A stretch of 64,000 bases of DNA from an uncultured Caulobacter sp. (GTDB taxonomy: Bacteria > Pseudomonadota > Alphaproteobacteria > Caulobacterales > Caulobacteraceae), in assembly GCA_964579695.1 (NCBI GenBank), contig CAZOHI010000003.1, positions 11,384-75,383 of the forward strand, in the 5' to 3' direction. Position 1 is the stretch's first letter, and the number at the start of each line of letters is the position of its first letter. Made by a program: the position numbers and the translations under genes. Below, one piece after another: positions 9,478 to 20,094 of the stretch. The notes beneath the pieces were generated by a model. It ran no database searches. It was given only the letters and a program-made list of their open reading frames with translations, and had not been told where the DNA came from.

Positions 9478-9798
9478 CTGACCTACGTCTCATTCACCCT
9501 GCTCGGCTTCGAGAGCGAACCGACGCAGCAGGAGTTGGAAGCGCCGAATCCAACGGCCCGCGTCATCCGTCGGATCGACCGTGGGGTGAAGCTTACGCCC
9601 TATGAGGTCGTGGATTGGGCAAAGGCGCAGGGGTTTGCGATCCACTACGTGGATGGCGCATGGGTCAGGGTGCCCGCCGGCCGAGAGGCGATCTGCGCCT
9701 TCCTGGCAGCTTACGTGGACGAAAGCGATCTTCAGCGGATCCGCTGCGAGCCTGTCACCCCCGGTGAGCGGTGGGTGGTAGAGGCCGAGGAGTTCTGA
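9478..9798 (+). CDS. Small hypothetical protein (possible CTG start)
   Basis: Frame is open upstream of the listed TTG 9535; GGAGG at 9466-9470 lies 7 nt before an in-frame CTG at 9478. Confidence 0.4.
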   Translation: MTYVSFTLLGFESEPTQQELEAPNPTARVIRRIDRGVKLTPYEVVDWAKAQGFAIHYVDGAWVRVPAGREAICAFLAAYVDESDLQRIRCEPVTPGERWVVEAEEF

Positions 9799-10015
9799 TC
9801 CTCGTTGCCCCATCTGCGCGCCAGCAGCGGTCGCTGGCGACCGGGCTAGAAGCTGACGGTCGGTGGCGCCCGCTTTTAGTCCACGGGCCGCTGGCCGCGT
9901 CCGACCCCATGGGGACGTTGGGAACGTCTGCATTTGGGTCACACCGCCAATGCCAGCGGGTTGATGCTTTGAGAGGTGCTGCTTGTGCCTTCTCCAGCCG
10001 CAATATGACGGCAGC

Positions 10016-10309
10016 CTAAATCCCCAAACGTTTGCCCATCTGCTTCGCTCTTATGACGACGGCGAATAACAGCAAGGGGATCCAGAAGTAAAAGGCGTTA
10101 AAGTCCTTAGTCACCCCCACCCAGATCATAAGAAAGAGGAATATAGTGAGAAATCCATCCGCAATCGCATTTAGATAGAATTTGAATTTTTCTCTTGGGG
10201 TAAGCAGGGTGTAGCGAACCACTACCGCATCACAAGCCGATTTAGCTTTCTGCAGCATTCCTCCCCCATCTTGTTGGCCGCCTTCCTGCTGTGAAGATCG
10301 CGGTCGCAC
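10016..10309 (-). CDS. Small AT-rich membrane protein
   Basis: Two hydrophobic segments (FLTIFLFLMIWVGV; FYFWIPLLLFAVVI); DNA visibly AT-richer than the flanks. True start may be a downstream ATG. Confidence 0.55.
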   Translation of the reverse strand: MRPRSSQQEGGQQDGGGMLQKAKSACDAVVVRYTLLTPREKFKFYLNAIADGFLTIFLFLMIWVGVTKDFNAFYFWIPLLLFAVVIRAKQMGKRLGI

Positions 10310-10409
10310 GCTATCGTGGCAAAATCCGGCCAGTTAGCAAAGACCAATGTCCGCGCTCCACCCTTTGCGGACTAGCAGCGGGTCGACTGCTGGGCCGACC
10401 CGCCGCCGA

Positions 10410-10476
10410 TCAGAGCTCTATCTGTTCAGACAGCTCGAGGGCGTCATCGACCTCGATGCCGAGGTAGCGGACGGCA
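10410..10476 (-). pseudogene. C-terminal stub of a small tyrosine recombinase
   Basis: Reads AVRYLGIEVDDALELSEQIEL*, the catalytic-Tyr tail (…LGH..IESTVRYLG.EVDDAL) of small XerC/D-like recombinases; cut off by the IS end at 10477. Confidence 0.75.
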
Positions 10477-10504
10477 TGATCTTCCCCCGAAAAAGTGGAC
10501 GGGG

Positions 10505-11365
10505 TTAAGCCGCTCTGCGCTCGGCGTCGGCTGGGCTGATGTAGCCGAGGGCCGAGTGCAGGCGGCGGGGATTGTAGAAGCCCTCGATGTAACCGAACAG
10601 ATCGCGTCGGGCCTGATCGCGCGTGGCGTAGACCCGGTGGTGGACGCGCTCGGTCTTGAGGGTATGGAAGAAGCTCTCCATCGGTGCGTTGTCCCAGCAG
10701 TCGCCCTTGCGGCTCATTGACGGGGTTATCCCCGCGCGAGCCAGGGCTGACCGGTAGGCCTCGGCGGCATACTGGATACCGCGGTCGGAGTGATGGATCA
10801 GGCCGGGCGCTGGCCGCTGGCGTTCGATGGCCATGTTGAGGGCGTCGAGCGCGATCTCGGTGTGCAGGGTCTGGCGCATGGACCAGCCGACAATCTTGCG
10901 GGTGTGCATGTCGAGGATGGCCGCGAGGTAGAGCCAGCCTTCGCCGGTGGGGATGTAGGTGAGGTCGGCCAGCCAGACCTGGTTCGGCGCTGCCGCGGTG
11001 AAGTTGCGGCCGAGCCTGTTGGGCGCGATCGGGTAGCCGTGGCGGCTGTCGGTGGTCCGGGTGCGCCTCGGCAGCGCCGCCAGGCCCCGCAGGCCGGCAC
11101 GGCGCATCAGCCGCTCGACGCGCGAGCGCCCGACCCGGCGGCCGTGGCCTCTCAGCACGGCGTGGACGCGGGGCGAGCCGTAGATCCCGCTGCTCTCGGC
11201 GTGGATCAGGCGGATATCCTCCAGCAGCGCCCGGTTGGCCGCCGCCCGCGGGCTCTCGGCCCGCTCACGCCAAGCGTAGTAACCGCTGGCCGACAGGCCC
11301 AGGACCGCGCACATCACCCTGACCGGCCAGACGCTGCGATGCTCATCGACGAACCCGAACTTCAT
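10505..11365 (-). CDS. IS3 transposase OrfB (DDE/rve domain)
   Basis: WLADLTY, HHSDRGIQY and DNAPMESFF motifs. Confidence 0.96.
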   Translation of the reverse strand: MKFGFVDEHRSVWPVRVMCAVLGLSASGYYAWRERAESPRAAANRALLEDIRLIHAESSGIYGSPRVHAVLRGHGRRVGRSRVERLMRRAGLRGLAALPRRTRTTDSRHGYPIAPNRLGRNFTAAAPNQVWLADLTYIPTGEGWLYLAAILDMHTRKIVGWSMRQTLHTEIALDALNMAIERQRPAPGLIHHSDRGIQYAAEAYRSALARAGITPSMSRKGDCWDNAPMESFFHTLKTERVHHRVYATRDQARRDLFGYIEGFYNPRRLHSALGYISPADAERRAA

Positions 11366-11676
11366 CGGGAGGCCGCTCCGAAGATGAGCGCGGCTTTTTT
11401 TAAGATGTCGCGCTCCATGCGCAGGCGGTCGTTCTCGCGCCGCAGCCGGCCCACCTCCGCGGCCAGATCAGACGGCGACGGGGCCGGCGCTTGCGTGTGG
11501 GGGCGCCTCGCCGTCCCCGTCGCCTGCGCCCCGAACTGCATCATCCATCGTCGAAGAACCGTCTCGTGCAGGCCCAACTCCCGGGCCACAGCCCCGACCG
11601 ACAGGCCGCTCGTGGCCACACGATCAACCGCCTCACGCTTGAAGGCCTCCGGAAACACCCGGCGCGTACCACTCAT
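11362..11676 (-). CDS. IS3 transposase OrfA (HTH)
   Basis: FKREAVDRV…VARELGLHETVLRRW; C-terminal leucine-zipper-like LRRENDRLRMERDILKKA. Confidence 0.94.
   Translation of the reverse strand: MSGTRRVFPEAFKREAVDRVATSGLSVGAVARELGLHETVLRRWMMQFGAQATGTARRPHTQAPAPSPSDLAAEVGRLRRENDRLRMERDILKKAALIFGAASR
11394..11401 (-). other. Programmed -1 frameshift site (A7G, containing A-AAA-AAG) of the IS3 element
   Basis: Minus strand TTA AAA AAA GCC; a -1 slip puts the reading in frame with the OrfB ATG at 11365. Confidence 0.8.
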
Positions 11677-11763
11677 CTGACACTCCTCCCTAGCTCCTCA
11701 GAGCTAGCATGGGTGTCCACTGAAACGAGGGAGGATCACCACCGTTTTGCTAGCTTCAACTCG

Positions 11764-14700
11764 ATGAACGGATCGCCGAAATTGACGGGTGGTGATTCGC
11801 CCCGACGGCGGGCGGCGGTGGCGCCGAGCCTGCGCCGCGCCGATCCGCCGCGTTTCGCTGAAATGAACCCCGAAGACTTCGAGGAGTTCTGCTGCGCCCT
11901 GCTGGACAAGGAGCCGGGCGTCGCCCGCGCCGATCTCTACAACTCCCGCTTCGACGCCCAGTATGGCATCGACGCTTTCGGTGAAACGGCGGACGGCCTC
12001 GTCGTGGTCTCCTCAAGCGGTACGCGAGCGTCGCCAAGGGGCAGATCGCCGAGTGGGGCGAAGACTTCCTGAAGCACTGGGATTTCCAGTGGCGCGACCA
12101 GAAGGTGGTCCGCTTCATTCTAGCCGTGACCGTGAATCTCAACTCGCGGGCCCGACTCGACGATATCAAGGCCGCCAATGCCCGGTTCGCAGAGTTCGGC
12201 ATCGCCTTCGAAGCCTGGGGGCCGCGCCAGCTTCAGGAACTCAGCCGGGGCGAACCAGGGATCGTCTCCCAGTTTCTAGGGCAGGAATGGGTGGGACGGA
12301 TATGCGGCGATCTGGAATCAGATCGCACCGCGGCGCGAGCCGCTGACGCCGCGCGCGACGACCTTGAAAACCGGCTGGCCGCCATGGCCAAGGCGTTGTC
12401 CGGCGAGGCCGAGCAGAAGCTCGAGACCGCGCGCCGGCGCCTGGAGCAGGGCGACGTGAGCGAGGTCGAAACTTTACTGCGGGAGCTGCGGACGTCTCCG
12501 ACCTGGGAAACCCTTGACGCCAGCGCCCGGGCCAGCGCCGTGCGTCTGCAGGGATCGGTGGCTCTGACACGCGGCGAGATTCGGATCGCCAAGGCCTTCG
12601 CCGCCGAGGCCGAAACGATCGCCAAGGCGTCCGAGCCGCGTCTGACCGCGCTCATCGCCATGAATGAGCAGGGTGCCGAGGCCGCCCTCGACGTTCTGGG
12701 AGAACCCACAAGTCCCCAGGGCCGCAGCCTGCGCGCCAGTCTGCTGCTCGTCACGGGCGAGACTGACGAGGCGGAAACGGTGCTGGATCAGATGGATCCC
12801 AAAGACCCCGAGGGCCTAAGGCTGCGCGCTTACCTCTGGCTGCTCCGCGGCGACCGGTCCGAAGCGCTCGCCTGGGCCGAAAAGGCCGACAAGGCCGATC
12901 CCGGTCATCCCGCGATCTCCCGCACGCTTGCGATGGCGCTCTACGCCTCGGCCCTCTCGCCCCTCGCGCCATCGCAGGTGGCGCTGAACCCCAATCCCCT
13001 GAACTGGGCGCTTGTTGGTCAGGACGATTTGTCCGTCGCCCGGCTGGAACAGGCTCTCGAGCGGTTCCTGCCCTTGGCCGACGGAGATCCCCTCCGCGCT
13101 AGCCGCGAACTAGACGCCGCCTGGGTTCTCGCCTGCCTGGCCAACCTGCCCTCTCGACGCAAGGACGCCGCCGCCCAGGCGCGACGCCTCCTCGCCGCCG
13201 ACCTGCGGGACATCCAGGCGATCGGGTGGGTCCTGATGCGCGACCTCGATGTCGATCTGGCGCTGTCGCGCCAGACGCTGCTCGACGCCCTCCGAGCCGG
13301 AACGCTTCAGTCCGGTGAGATTGTCGCCTTGGACTGGCTTACTGCGCCGCAGGACACACCGTCCCTTCTCGCGACGATCGAGACCGCCCTGGAAGAGGGC
13401 ATCGACGACGCCAATCTGGCGCAGGAGGTCGCCGGCGTCCGGGACCGTCTGCGCGGCGCACCAACAGGCGACGACATAGGCCCCGCCGTCCTCGAAACCG
13501 CACGCGACACTGGAGACTGGACCCAGGCCGAGGCGGACTTCGAAGCGGCGATCACCGCCGAACCGCCGCCGTTCACCGTCATCAGCCTAGCCTCAGCTCT
13601 CAGCGCCTCGGAACGATGGACGGTGCTCGACCGGCATCGTGACCGACTCCTCGGGTTCGCCACTGCCGTCGGCGTGCGGATCGCCGCCATCGCCGCCTAC
13701 AATGTCGGCGATCCCGTCGGGGCCCTCGCGATCCTGAAGGACGGCGCTCAGCGCTTTCCCGGCGGGACGCTGCCGTTCACCCTGCGTCGCGTCGAGGCTG
13801 AGTCCTTAGCCCAGGTGGGGTGACCCGCTCGCCGCCGTCAATCTGGCCGCCGCCTTGGCCAGCGACACCCAATCCGTTCAGGACGGACTGCGCGAAGCCC
13901 GGCTGCGCATCAACATCGGCGATCTGGAGGGCGCGCTGCCCAGGGTGCGCGCCGCGCTGGAGAGTGGCGACCTGGACGCCGAGGACGCCCTGGTCTGGTC
14001 GCAGACCTTCGCGGGCGATCAGATCGACCTGGCGCGAGACCTGTGGCGACATGCGGTCAGTCTGGACATCGACGACCAGACCGCGCTGAAGGCCTACGGG
14101 GTGAGCTTCAACCTAGGCTTGGAGAACGAGAAGGCGGATCTGTTCGCCGCCGTGGCGCGTCTCGCAGAGACGGGTCAGGGAGTGTGGAGCGTCTCCCTGG
14201 ACCAACTCAAGACCGAGATCGCCGAACGCCAGGAACGCGCCGCCGAGCTCGACGACCAATGGAAGCGGGGTGTCGCGCCCGTCCACCTCCTGGCCAAGGC
14301 AGCTGGAGCCAGCCTGGCAGAGATCTTCGACCTGCAGCCCGATCCGCACGGCCGCCGGCCGGTCTTCCTGCGATCGGGCTCGCGGGGAGACGCTTGGATC
14401 GACGAGCGTCCCATCGCGAAACGGCGATACTTCCTCGACGTCAGCGCCCTTCTCATCGCCGACCAGCTCGAGCTCCTGCCAGTTCTCGAAGGCCTTGGTC
14501 CGCGTCTTTGCATCGGCGCAGCCACCTCCCACGCCCTCCTGGAGATCGAACACGCGACCCGTCATCACCAGCCCGCCCAAGGCAAGGCCCCCCGGCGCGT
14601 CGTCGCTGAAATCGGGCGACGGATCGGGGTTGCGGCGCCCGTCGGGACACAGCGCGTGGCCCTGGAGAGCCAAGACGGAACGACAATGGATCTGAACCAA

Positions 14701-17700
14701 GTCCTCGCCGGGCTCGAGGCCGCGGAATCCGCTACGCCGGATGCTCTAAGCGCATGGCGGCTCGCCTTGGGCATCGATGTGCCGGCGACGACTTGGCCTC
14801 TGGCGGGTGTGCGGTTGGAGTTTTCGGAACGGTCCCTCGAAAGTCTGATCGACATCGGCGCGTTCGAGACCGTCGTCGAAACCTACGCCGTCTTCGTCGA
14901 TCCCATCTCGCTCCGAGCAGCCCAGAGGGCGGTGGAGGATCTTCAGCGCCGGGCGAGACTGACACTGGCGGTGGGGCGGCTGAGGCGGCATCTGGCTCGC
15001 AAGGCGGCGACCCATTACGACTTTGTCGGCGGCGGACGTCCGGATCTAAATCCCAACGACGACCCCTTCTCCATAACCGCGGTCGGGCGCGCCCTTGCGG
15101 AAGTCATGACCGCAGCAGGCGAAGACGAGGCAAACCGCCTCTGGCTGGAAGATCGTTACCTCAGCAGCTTTGGCGCATCCGGCCGAGCCCCGGTCGTCGG
15201 GATCCTCGACGTCCTGGCCGATCTCCGGGCCCAGCGTCGTATCGACGACGAGACCTACTTCGACCGCCTATTGCGATTGCGGGCGGGCAGCGCCCTCTTC
15301 CTTCCCCTGTCCGTCGAAGAGATCGAGCATCATCTGACGGCGGCGCCAATCCGCGAGGGCGCGGTGACGGAGACACCGGCGCTCGCGATCCTGCGCCGAA
15401 ACATGGGCCTGGCCCTCGTCTATGGTGAAAAGCTTCGCCTCGTTACAACCGGCGAGGCCGACGAACGTCCTCTGGAACTGCCGTTCCTGCTCCATCTGCG
15501 CCGGATCTGTGAAACGGCGGTCTTGTCGCGTTGGAACGGGCAGACCCCCGTGGAGACAGCCCGGGCGCAGTCCGACTGGATCTGGCGATCCCTGAGAGCC
15601 GAGACGTTGCCGCGCCCAAACGAAACGGATGCCATCGCCGGCGCGGAGACCGTCACGGCGCTCAACTTCGCAGGCCTCCTGACCGGAGCCTTCCACCTTC
15701 GATCAGCCGCCGGCGATCCCGGCTGGCGCCGTCGCGAACAGTACTTCGCTTGGCTGGGCGAGGCGGTGATCAAGGATCGCCTGGCGTTCGACCCTGTGGT
15801 TCGGGACCGCACCGTCGATCTGGCCCGCGACCTATTCCGCCTGGACCGCGCCGAAACCGACGACCTGGACGGCGAAGCGATAGAGAGCGTCCGAGCTCTG
15901 TCGCGAGTGATCGTCAGTCAACTGCCAGAGCCGATCCGCGATCTGGTGACCAGCGATCCCGACTTCATGGCCGACTTGGGCTTCACCGAGACGACGGCGA
16001 TCCTGCTGGATGAAAAGACCTTCGCGGCGAGTATCTTCTGGAGGGGCGTGGCCGACGCGATCAATGAAGGGCGCGGCGAGGCCGGCTTCAACGACAGCTC
16101 AGGTCGCGTCATCTTCACTCGCGCTGCAGACGATCCGCTCCGCCTGGATCTCTCCGGAGATGTCGAAACCCCGGCTCTGCTCGACCCGGATTTCGGACTG
16201 CTCAGCGAGACCGAGGCAGTCCGGCAGGCGAGCCTTGAAGCTCTATGGGCGGAATGCGACATCCCGCCGTCAGACCGCGAAGCGGTTGCCGCCGACATTC
16301 TTGGCCAGACCCTGCCGGAGCGTCGGATCAAGCGAGCCCGTGACGTTCGCTACCGTTCGATCCGGCTGTTTCTGGAAGGCTTGGCGACGACCCTGCAGTC
16401 GGGCGAGGATGTGGGAGCCGACGTGTTCACGCCGCCAGCCGCCGTCAACTGGCTCACCTATGTGCGCTGGCGTGATCCCGAGACCCGGATAGAGGCCGCT
16501 GCGGCGGCCTTGCGTCGCGACCTGTCTCCGGAAGCCGCCTTGGCGCGCATGGCGAGCCTGCCCTTTACCTTGCCAAAGGAGGCCTGGGCGGGCGTCGACC
16601 TTGCCCGTGTCCGAATGCTAACGCCTTTGGCGTGCATTCACCGGCTCCATGCTGCGCGTCAGGGTCATCTCCCCGGAGAATCAGAGAGCCTCGTCGATCA
16701 CGTTCGTGCGACCGCGGAGGCGGCGGCCCGGTTCGGGGGTCTGTTCGCGGCCCTTCTACGATGGGGCACCGACGCCTTCGCTCGTCAGCCGGGTTGGAAC
16801 GCGCTGACGCCGCTTCAGAAGCACGTAGTCACTTGGTGTTTCGCCGACCGGCTGACCGATCTGCTGGGAACGATCGGTCTGGAGCCCGAACCTGGGGCCG
16901 CCTTTTTCCGCACGCAGCGCGTCACAGCCTCGGGCGCGGCGCTGCTTGTATTGGAGCGCGGCTACGACGACTCTTCGCTGCATCCCAGCGCGGCCAGCCT
17001 CCCTCTTCTCCTCCTTGCCGGACTCGAGCACGGCCTTGGAGAAACGGCCCACGCCCTGGCCCTCCCGAGCGATGTGCTCGAAGCGGTGGCGGGGGCTCTG
17101 GAGATCAAGCCGGACGCCGTCGACCGTCGGCCGGTCGTGCGTCGCTACATGCCGCGCGACGAGGTCGGCCCCACCTGGATGGACCGCCCCTCGCCCGGGG
17201 TCCTGGCCGACGGGCACGATCTCGAGCAGATGCTCAGTGAGGCGATCACGGCTCTGGAAGCCTGCGCTGAGGATCCAAACGCCTGGGCGTTCCTATATGG
17301 CGTGGGGACCCCGGCCGTGTCGTCAGATCAGACCGGAAAGCTTGCGGTCGTCCTTCACGCCGTCGATCTCGCCGCAATCGCGGCCGGCATCCGACCCGAT
17401 CAGACGCTGAGGCACGTCGCGGAAGTCGCGGGGCGGCTTGCGGGCCAAGCCGCTGGGGCCGCCGTCATCGAGAAACTGCTGGACCTCGCACCGTCTTGGC
17501 TTGAGAGCAGCGAGGGCGCGCTCGAAGCCCGGTTCGACACACTCTTCGAAGCCGGAGCGGCGGCCTCGCGGTCCTATGACGATCAGGGGGCGGAGCGGTT
17601 CAGCCAGTTCCTGATGCACCTGATGATCCGGCTCCCGCAGGTCGCGGCGCGACTCCGCTCCGTGCTCGATGCGGTGATCGATCTCACCCCGGTTCGCGAC

Positions 17701-17745
17701 GCCGGCCCGTTTTGGAACGCGCTGAAGGCCGTGCGGGCTCTTTAA
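11764..17745 (+). pseudogene. Large defence-type protein: N-terminal Mrr-like PD-(D/E)xK nuclease + TPR-like repeats + PIN-like domain, split by two frameshifts
   Basis: Three ORF pieces join into ~1993 aa if one base is added at 12013/14 (TCC T[G]C AAG gives SCK) and one G is removed from GGGG at 13817-13820. Motifs: FEEFCCALL, QYGIDAF (REase); YFLDVSALL and LWLEDRYL (PIN-like). Confidence 0.7.
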
Positions 17746-17962
17746 ATAGTGGCGGCGTTGCTCAGGAGCAGGGAGGCGTAGGCACCAATCAGCCGTGGAT
17801 TTCCCAAGTCTGAGACGCGCCAGGACCTGACATGAAGTCGCCGGCGAGAGGCGGACCTCCGCGCGGCCGATTGAAGACCGCAGGGCAGGCGCGGGCCCCT
17901 CCCGGTTGCGACTCGACCTTGCGTTGAGGCAAACAGACGAGATTGAGGGGGGCGAAGCAGCC

Positions 17963-19858
17963 ATGGACGCGGACGATCACAAGGTCGAGGTGGTTCTCAA
18001 GGAGGACCGTCGTTTCATGGTGCCCCTTTACCAGCGCAAGTACCAGTGGGCCGAACACCGCCTCCTGCCCTTCTGGGAGGACGTCGCCGCCAAGGCGGCG
18101 GAAGTCCTCAGGGCCGAAAACCGGTTCGACCACTATATGGGCGCCCTGATCCTCGCTCCCGTCGACGTTGGATCGCAGATCGGCAAGACGCCGGTCGTGC
18201 AGGTGGTGGACGGCCAGCAACGGCTGACCACTTTCCAGCTCTTCCTCGCCGCCCTACGGGAGGTCGCCCGCAAGCGCGGCGAGAACGACTTCATCCCGCA
18301 CATCAATGGCTATCTGCACAATCCTCTGAAGAGCAAGGACGTCGATCCGCTCACCCGCTTCAAGCTCACCCCGACCCCCTCCGACCGCGACCTGTTCCAC
18401 GACCTGATGGAACGGCCTTACGACGAAGTCGTCGCGCGCTATCGCCACCTGTTCTGGGGGGCCTCCGTGCCCAAGAACACGCCCTTCCCCGCCTTCCGGG
18501 CCTACATTCTGTTCTTCCGCTGGATCGACGATTTTGCGGCCAACGGCCCAAGCGACGAGGAGTCGCTGGAGGAGCTTGGCGAAGCCGAAGCTGACGCCGG
18601 CGCGGGCGATGACGACCTAGTCGGCGAGCGGCTGGAGGCGCTGCTCAAGGCGTTGCTCGAACGCCTCAAGCTGGTGGTCATCAGCCTGGATGAGAACGAC
18701 GACGCCCAAGTGATTTTCGAGACCCTGAACTCCAAGGGCGAACCGCTGTTAGCCATGGATCTGGTCCGCAACAACATCTTTCACCGGGCCGAGAAACAGG
18801 AAGCTCAGGTGGAGGAACTATACAACGAGCTCTGGGACCCGCTCGACGAAGCGTGGTGGCGTGAAGCCGCGCCCAATGCGCGTCCGATGCGTCCGCGGAT
18901 CGACCATTTTCTCGCCAACACGCTGGCGGCGGAGACCGGCGGCGCGATCTCCATCCGGGAGCTCTACGCCGAGTACCGAAACTTCGCGATTCCGCGAGGA
19001 CGCCCTCGCTTCCCGGACGTCGCCGACGAATTGAAGCTGCTCGCCCGCTACGCCCCCCTCTACGAGACCCTAGAGGGCCGAAAGCAGGTCGATCCCGACC
19101 TGCACTGGTTCGGCCGAAAGATGGCCACGTGGCAGGTGACCACGGTCTATCCGGCGGCGCTGATGGTCGGACATCCGGACGTTCCGAGGGGCGGGCGTCT
19201 GGCGATCCTGCAGCTGCTCTATTCCTACCTGGTGCGACGCAGCCTGTGCGGGCTTACGACGAAGAACCTGAACAACGTCTTCCAGGGCCTAGCCGCACGC
19301 TTCCAGCGCGAGGGCGCCACTCTCGCGGCTTTCAACGACTACTTCGCCGGCCGCACCGGCGACAGCATCCGCTTCCCCGATGATGCGGAGCTGAGAGCCG
19401 GGGTGCTGACCACCAACGCCTACGCCATCTCACCTCAACCCCGTCTCGTCGACATCTTGTGGGAGCTGGAAACGGCGACCCGTTCGGCTCTCGCGGAAAC
19501 CCAGGCCCGACCTCCGGGGCTTTGGGTCGAGCACGTCATGCCGCAGACCTGGACCGAGGGATGGCCCTTCGCCGACGCGGACTACGCCAGGCCCTGGAGC
19601 GGCGAGCCACAGGCGGTTGCCCGCACGGCGGAGGTGAACACTATCGGCAACCTCACATTGCTAAGCGAGAGCCTCAACCGGTCGGCCGGCAACAAGAGCT
19701 TTGCGGAGAAGAGGGAGAAGTTCCAGGAGCACACCGGCCTGTTCCTGACCAAATGGTTCCTGACCCGCGACAGCTGGACGGAGGCGGACATCCGGGAGCG
19801 AGGTGAACACCTCGCCACGCTGGCGATACGGATCTGGCCGCCCCTCGGAGCGATCTGA
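17963..19858 (+). CDS. gmrSD: GmrSD-type modification-dependent (type IV) restriction endonuclease, DUF262 + DUF1524/HNH fusion
   Basis: PLYQRKYQW, VDGQQRLTT, IFETLN; C-terminal EHVMPQ…IGNLTLL…N.SAGNKSF. Confidence 0.9.
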   Translation: MDADDHKVEVVLKEDRRFMVPLYQRKYQWAEHRLLPFWEDVAAKAAEVLRAENRFDHYMGALILAPVDVGSQIGKTPVVQVVDGQQRLTTFQLFLAALREVARKRGENDFIPHINGYLHNPLKSKDVDPLTRFKLTPTPSDRDLFHDLMERPYDEVVARYRHLFWGASVPKNTPFPAFRAYILFFRWIDDFAANGPSDEESLEELGEAEADAGAGDDDLVGERLEALLKALLERLKLVVISLDENDDAQVIFETLNSKGEPLLAMDLVRNNIFHRAEKQEAQVEELYNELWDPLDEAWWREAAPNARPMRPRIDHFLANTLAAETGGAISIRELYAEYRNFAIPRGRPRFPDVADELKLLARYAPLYETLEGRKQVDPDLHWFGRKMATWQVTTVYPAALMVGHPDVPRGGRLAILQLLYSYLVRRSLCGLTTKNLNNVFQGLAARFQREGATLAAFNDYFAGRTGDSIRFPDDAELRAGVLTTNAYAISPQPRLVDILWELETATRSALAETQARPPGLWVEHVMPQTWTEGWPFADADYARPWSGEPQAVARTAEVNTIGNLTLLSESLNRSAGNKSFAEKREKFQEHTGLFLTKWFLTRDSWTEADIRERGEHLATLAIRIWPPLGAI

Positions 19859-20094
19859 CGGCCCGCGTCGGTACCCACGTCCCTTCCCCAGGACCGTGGA
19901 CATTGGTCGGAGCCGATCAGCACCTTGCACCAGCCAGCTCTGCGTCCGCGACGGACGCGTAGCGACCAACTTTCAGTGCGAACCGGAATCACCCCAGGCT
20001 CAAATGAGCGTCCGCCTCCACCTCTGAGTGCATCTGCGGCGCAGATCAGGACAGCGCCAGAAGCGGAAGTTGGCTCCCGGCCGAGAACCGGGCG

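Larger units (their letters stand above)
10477..11738 (-). mobile_element. IS3-family insertion sequence, 1262 bp
   Basis: TG...CA ends with imperfect inverted repeats TGATCTTCCCCCGAAAAAGTGGAC / revcomp TGATCCTCCCTCGTTTCAGTGGAC; orfA+orfB; no flanking direct repeat. Confidence 0.95.

Noticed and set aside
11764-17745. Calling the large gene an Avs/STAND NTPase
   Set aside because: I could not find a Walker A GxxGxGK[ST] motif in any of the three pieces.
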